From Spirochaetota bacterium (GTDB lineage: Bacteria > Spirochaetota > UBA4802 > UBA5550), in the NCBI GenBank assembly GCA_963664815.2, contig CAXXHB010000003.1:352001-416000 (forward strand): DNA of 64,000 bases, in the 5' to 3' direction. The position numbers were made by a program, and so were the translations under genes. The notes under the pieces are model-generated. The model was given only the letters and a program-made list of their open reading frames with translations. It ran no database searches and had not been told where the DNA came from. Below, in pieces: positions 60,214 through 64,000 of the stretch. Positions within the stretch are counted from its first letter, which is position 1; each line of letters opens with the position of its first letter.

Positions 60214-61452
60214 TTACATCTTTTCCAGTATATGTATACACATGGAGGCCTCTTCAACTCCGATATTGCCGCCGCCGTTTTCTGCAAGACCAATTCTGGC
60301 ACCTGCGACCTGTCGTGGACCTGCGTCACCCCGTAGCTGCAGAACTAATTCATGGATCTGGGCAAGGCCTGATGCCCCTATGGGATGCCCTCTGCATTCC
60401 AGTCCGCCGCTTGTGTTTACAGGTTTTTTCCCTCCGAGTGTGGTTGCACCTGATTCTGCATATGGGCCGCCTTCGCCGGTTTTGCAGAATCCCATTGATT
60501 CGCACTGGTGTAGTTCACCCCAGCTGGTGGCGTCATGCAGCTCGGCAAAATCTATATCATCCGGCCCGAGTCCGGCCGTTTCATATGCCTGTTTAGAAAG
60601 TCTTTCGCCAATATCAGGTGCATCAAGGGGACGGTTCTCACCCTGTCCGAGTACCGAAGCGCGTATTTTTACAGGGCGTGCTCCGATAAGTTTTTTAAGA
60701 AACCTGTCCGAACAGATAATTACAGCTGCTGCACCATCTCCAAGAGGTGCACACATAGCACGGGTGAGAGGCCATGCGATTTTTTTATCAGCAAGAACCT
60801 CTTCAACAGACATTTTCTGCTGATACTGTGAGTATGGATTAAGAGAACCATGCAGGTGGTTTTTTGAACAGATTACAGCAAGTTGTTTCTGTGTCGATCC
60901 GAAACGGTCCATATGCCAGCGGGCACCCATGGCATATGCATCCATAAAAATGCTTCGGCCTTCCCCGGGCCTGGAGCCGTCGTCAGGGATTGATACTTTC
61001 AATGTTTTTCCGATTTCTTCCATCATTTTTAACTGATTTAACATATTCCCGACATCCATACAGGATGCGTAGGCTCCCATGGCCACGTTTTTATCAGGGT
61101 GTGATATTTTTTCCGATCCGACTGCTATTGCAGCTTCATACATTCCGGCACGTATTCCAGTGTATGCAAGATGAAGTGCTGTTGAGGCTCCGGCACAGGC
61201 ATTTTCAACATTTGTTACAGGTATTTTATCAATTCCCATTCCCCGGAACACAACCTGACCCCGTATGGAATGCTGCCGCTCATACATCCCCCAGAAAGTA
61301 TTGGAAAAAAATCCCGCCTGAATGTCTTTTTTTGTAAGGTTAGCATCTGCAAGAGCCAGATCAATTACCTTTTCCGCCATTGATTTTACAGTATCATCAG
61401 GATATTTATTAAAGCGTATCATTCCTGATCCGATGATGTATACATCATTCAT
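60214..61452 (-). CDS. SCP2-type thiolase (acetyl-CoA acyltransferase family)
   Basis: VENACAGAS, AELHDA, GHPIGASG, ENGGG. Confidence 0.92.
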   Translation of the reverse strand: MNDVYIIGSGMIRFNKYPDDTVKSMAEKVIDLALADANLTKKDIQAGFFSNTFWGMYERQHSIRGQVVFRGMGIDKIPVTNVENACAGASTALHLAYTGIRAGMYEAAIAVGSEKISHPDKNVAMGAYASCMDVGNMLNQLKMMEEIGKTLKVSIPDDGSRPGEGRSIFMDAYAMGARWHMDRFGSTQKQLAVICSKNHLHGSLNPYSQYQQKMSVEEVLADKKIAWPLTRAMCAPLGDGAAAVIICSDRFLKKLIGARPVKIRASVLGQGENRPLDAPDIGERLSKQAYETAGLGPDDIDFAELHDATSWGELHQCESMGFCKTGEGGPYAESGATTLGGKKPVNTSGGLECRGHPIGASGLAQIHELVLQLRGDAGPRQVAGARIGLAENGGGNIGVEEASMCIHILEKM

Positions 61453-61488
61453 TATTAAACCCTCCGATTATAAATAATTTAAAATACA

Positions 61489-63948
61489 TTATTCTATCCA
61501 ATCCACCTGAGGGAATTCCCTCTCGACAGGTTTGTCTATCTGCACTGCAGGATACCCTATAACAATTGATGTTGCCACAAGATCGTATGGCCATTTAATA
61601 CCCAGTTTTTTCCTGAGTTTTTTGCTCATATTTACCGGTTCTGTCCCGAATCCGGCATAACAGGTTCCAAGACCAAGAGAATGTGCCGCGAGTACCATGT
61701 TCTGGCAGCACATGCCGGTGCTGAATACAGGTGTTGATATACCCATGTGATGCACAAGGACATAGATTACTGTTGTCGCACCGAAAAATATATCCATTTG
61801 CTTTTCACCGAACTGTGGTGTAAGTAGCGCCTGTATAGCCACCATCGGCCGCTGGTCAATACCGTCCGGACGCAGAAAAGCCGCGCTGTTTTTCACCAGT
61901 TTCCGAAACGGACCTCTGCCCTGGTAAATGCGGGTAACCATTCCGAGAGTCCTTGTGCAATCTCTGCTCAATTCATCAAGGAGTGCACGATCCCTTATAA
62001 CAATAAATTTCCATGGTTGTGAATTTCCTGCCGAAGGTGAAAAGCGCCCTGCCTCAAGTATACGGTGGACTAACTCCCGGGGGACTGCTTCATCTGTAAA
62101 GACACGGTTGGATCTTCGGCGGTAAATAATACGCTCTGTAGAGGTAATTTTATTTTCAATAACTGCGAAAGCTGGAGGATTCTCCTGCATGAATGGGTTT
62201 GGATATCCCTTTCCTTTTTCAGGTATACCAAGTGCGGTATTTGACCAGCGGCCTTTTTCAATCCTGTAGTAATTCGGAAATGTAAGAGCATCTTGTGGAC
62301 ATATTGCCTCGCAGTTGTGGCATGCAAGGCACACTTTTCCGAAATATTCAGATCTGCTGCCGGTAAATTCAGATTTATAATTGCCGCAGGAGATGCATCT
62401 TCCAGATTCGCTTGATACCTGGTCGGGCGTAAGACTTCCGTCAACAGGGTTGCTTATGCTTTTAAGGCGCTCAACAAAGCCCGGTCTTACTGCACAATTT
62501 CGTTCAGTATTTTTATAGCCGTATAGAGGTACATTACGGAAAGATATTTCCTTTTTTAAAGGAACTGAATATTTTTTTCCGGAAAGATAAGCGTTTATGG
62601 AAAACGCGGCATTTTTACCGGCACCTATTGCGGCTGTTACTGTCGCGGACCCGTTTAAAACATCACCACCTGCGAATACTCCGGCATGTTTAGTCATCCA
62701 TGTGTCATCTGCAATAAGACGGCCATTTTCAAAAATCTCTTCAAAGCCGCTGGGTTCCACCTCCTGACCTATGGCATAAACAGCCAGATCTGCCTCCATG
62801 TCGAATTCTCCACCTTCAGCCGGCAAAGGGCGGCTTCTGCCGGAATCATCCTCTTCATATAAACGCATCCGCGTGCATTTTATTTTTAATGGGCCGTTTC
62901 CGGTATGGGTGATGTTAAGCGGCGCCGAGAGAAATTCAATTTTTACACCTTCCTCAAGTGCATCGCTGATATCTTTATCGAATGCAGGCATCTCTTTTCT
63001 TGAGCGCCGGTAAAGGATTGTAGCTTCAGCACCGCACCTTCTTGCCGTTCGCGCTACATCTATGGCGGTGTTTCCGCCTCCGATTACTATTACATTCCGC
63101 GCATCCGGCATCTCCTCTCCTTCACGGATATTCCTTAAAAAATCGAGTCCGGACAGAACCCGGCCGAATATTGGGAAATCAGTTTTTTTACTATTTGCGG
63201 TTCCGATAGCCAAATAGACTGCATTATAGTCTGACATGAGCGTTTTTAATGATATATCACTTCCTGCTTTAACCCCGAGTTTCAGTGTAACACCCATGTC
63301 TGTTATACGCTGATATTCGCCGTCAATCAGATCAGAAGAGAGCCGAAATGCAGGTATAGCATATCTGAGCATTCCCCCGGGTTTCAGATCAGCCTCATAA
63401 ACAGTAACATCGTGGCCCATCCGTGTAAGCTGATAAGCGCAGGACATGCCAGATGGCCCGGAGCCCACAATGGCAATTTGTTTTCCGCTTTTTTTCTCAG
63501 GTTTAATGAAGGATTTTTTTTCTTTGATTCCCCACTCTCCGATGAAACGTTCAATCTCATTAATATTAACAGATTCATCAAGGTTTTGACGGTTGCATCC
63601 CCCCTCGCAGGGGTGAGGACATACCATTCCTGTAATGGCCGGGAACGGGTTAGCATCCGTGATTATATCCCACACCTCTTCATATGTTCCTCCATCAGCC
63701 AGCACCTTCATATACTTTCTCACATCCACCCCTGATGGACAATTATGCTGGCAGGCCGGCTCCTGGTTGCCGGAGTATGCCCGGGATACAAGTGAAAGTG
63801 TCTGGCACGGGCATTGCTGAACACAAAGCCCGCATCCGATACATTTTTCATCATCAAGAATAATACTGAAAGGTGTTTTGACTACCGGCGGATCGCTTAA
63901 TATTCTGAATTTCTGAGTAAAACTTCCGTTCATAAAGTTATTCTCCAT
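61489..63948 (-). CDS. Ferredoxin / GltD-like NAD(P)-FAD oxidoreductase / nitroreductase fusion
   Basis: CIGCGLCVQQCP; PACQHNCP...VCPHPCE; IVGSGPSG; VIGGGNTAID; CLACHNCEAICP; RRRSNR...SPSAGNSQPW...AAHSLGLGTC. Confidence 0.88.
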   Translation of the reverse strand: MENNFMNGSFTQKFRILSDPPVVKTPFSIILDDEKCIGCGLCVQQCPCQTLSLVSRAYSGNQEPACQHNCPSGVDVRKYMKVLADGGTYEEVWDIITDANPFPAITGMVCPHPCEGGCNRQNLDESVNINEIERFIGEWGIKEKKSFIKPEKKSGKQIAIVGSGPSGMSCAYQLTRMGHDVTVYEADLKPGGMLRYAIPAFRLSSDLIDGEYQRITDMGVTLKLGVKAGSDISLKTLMSDYNAVYLAIGTANSKKTDFPIFGRVLSGLDFLRNIREGEEMPDARNVIVIGGGNTAIDVARTARRCGAEATILYRRSRKEMPAFDKDISDALEEGVKIEFLSAPLNITHTGNGPLKIKCTRMRLYEEDDSGRSRPLPAEGGEFDMEADLAVYAIGQEVEPSGFEEIFENGRLIADDTWMTKHAGVFAGGDVLNGSATVTAAIGAGKNAAFSINAYLSGKKYSVPLKKEISFRNVPLYGYKNTERNCAVRPGFVERLKSISNPVDGSLTPDQVSSESGRCISCGNYKSEFTGSRSEYFGKVCLACHNCEAICPQDALTFPNYYRIEKGRWSNTALGIPEKGKGYPNPFMQENPPAFAVIENKITSTERIIYRRRSNRVFTDEAVPRELVHRILEAGRFSPSAGNSQPWKFIVIRDRALLDELSRDCTRTLGMVTRIYQGRGPFRKLVKNSAAFLRPDGIDQRPMVAIQALLTPQFGEKQMDIFFGATTVIYVLVHHMGISTPVFSTGMCCQNMVLAAHSLGLGTCYAGFGTEPVNMSKKLRKKLGIKWPYDLVATSIVIGYPAVQIDKPVEREFPQVDWIE

Positions 63949-64000
63949 ACAAATATTCGTAAAATGCTGCGTATTCTTTAAATTTTATAACATTTACCGT

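Noticed and set aside
60242-60823. 193-aa plus-strand ORF and other antisense ORFs (e.g. 37014-37553, 39687-40208, 17266-17772)
   Set aside because: Shadows of well-supported genes on the opposite strand, with no motifs or RBS.
1-64000. CRISPR arrays, tRNA (including selC), rRNA, intact IS elements
   Set aside because: No regularly spaced repeats, cloverleafs or transposase ORFs were seen by eye; a tRNAscan/Infernal run would be needed to exclude them fully.

Overview
AT-rich bacterial DNA, probably from an anaerobic Leptospirales-like spirochete (inferred from OmpL37-like and other spirochete-type hypothetical proteins). 1-24.5 kb is largely housekeeping: skp end, L,D-transpeptidase, yajC-secD-secF, ribD-ribE, glnA, a CPA2 antiporter-EIIA fusion, an Asp-box protein and potABCD. 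24.7-36 kb is a TonB-receptor/FmdE/methyltransferase/ABC/radical-SAM metal or cofactor uptake cluster. 37-64 kb is an accessory anaerobic catabolic island. It holds a CBS-PAS sigma54 activator, three GG-N10-GC promoters sharing a TGTCA-N6-TGAC(A/G) upstream site, a double-cubane-type reductase and a CstA-like importer. It also holds an hdrC1-B1-A-C2-B2 cluster with sHdr-like order and short HdrA, two tandem GctAB-family CoA-transferase pairs, a CoA-disulfide/persulfide reductase-rhodanese, an Ltp2-like thiolase-fold/DUF35 pair, an SCP2 thiolase and a ferredoxin-GltD-nitroreductase fusion. Top finding: the second CoA-transferase alpha gene, split into two ORFs in the track, is one frame interrupted by a single in-frame TGA (52766-52768) followed by a bacterial SECIS-like hairpin. 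It is a candidate selenoprotein, and its beta partner appears to lack the usual catalytic Glu. No rRNA, tRNA, CRISPR or intact IS was seen. All assignments are by eye, without database searches.
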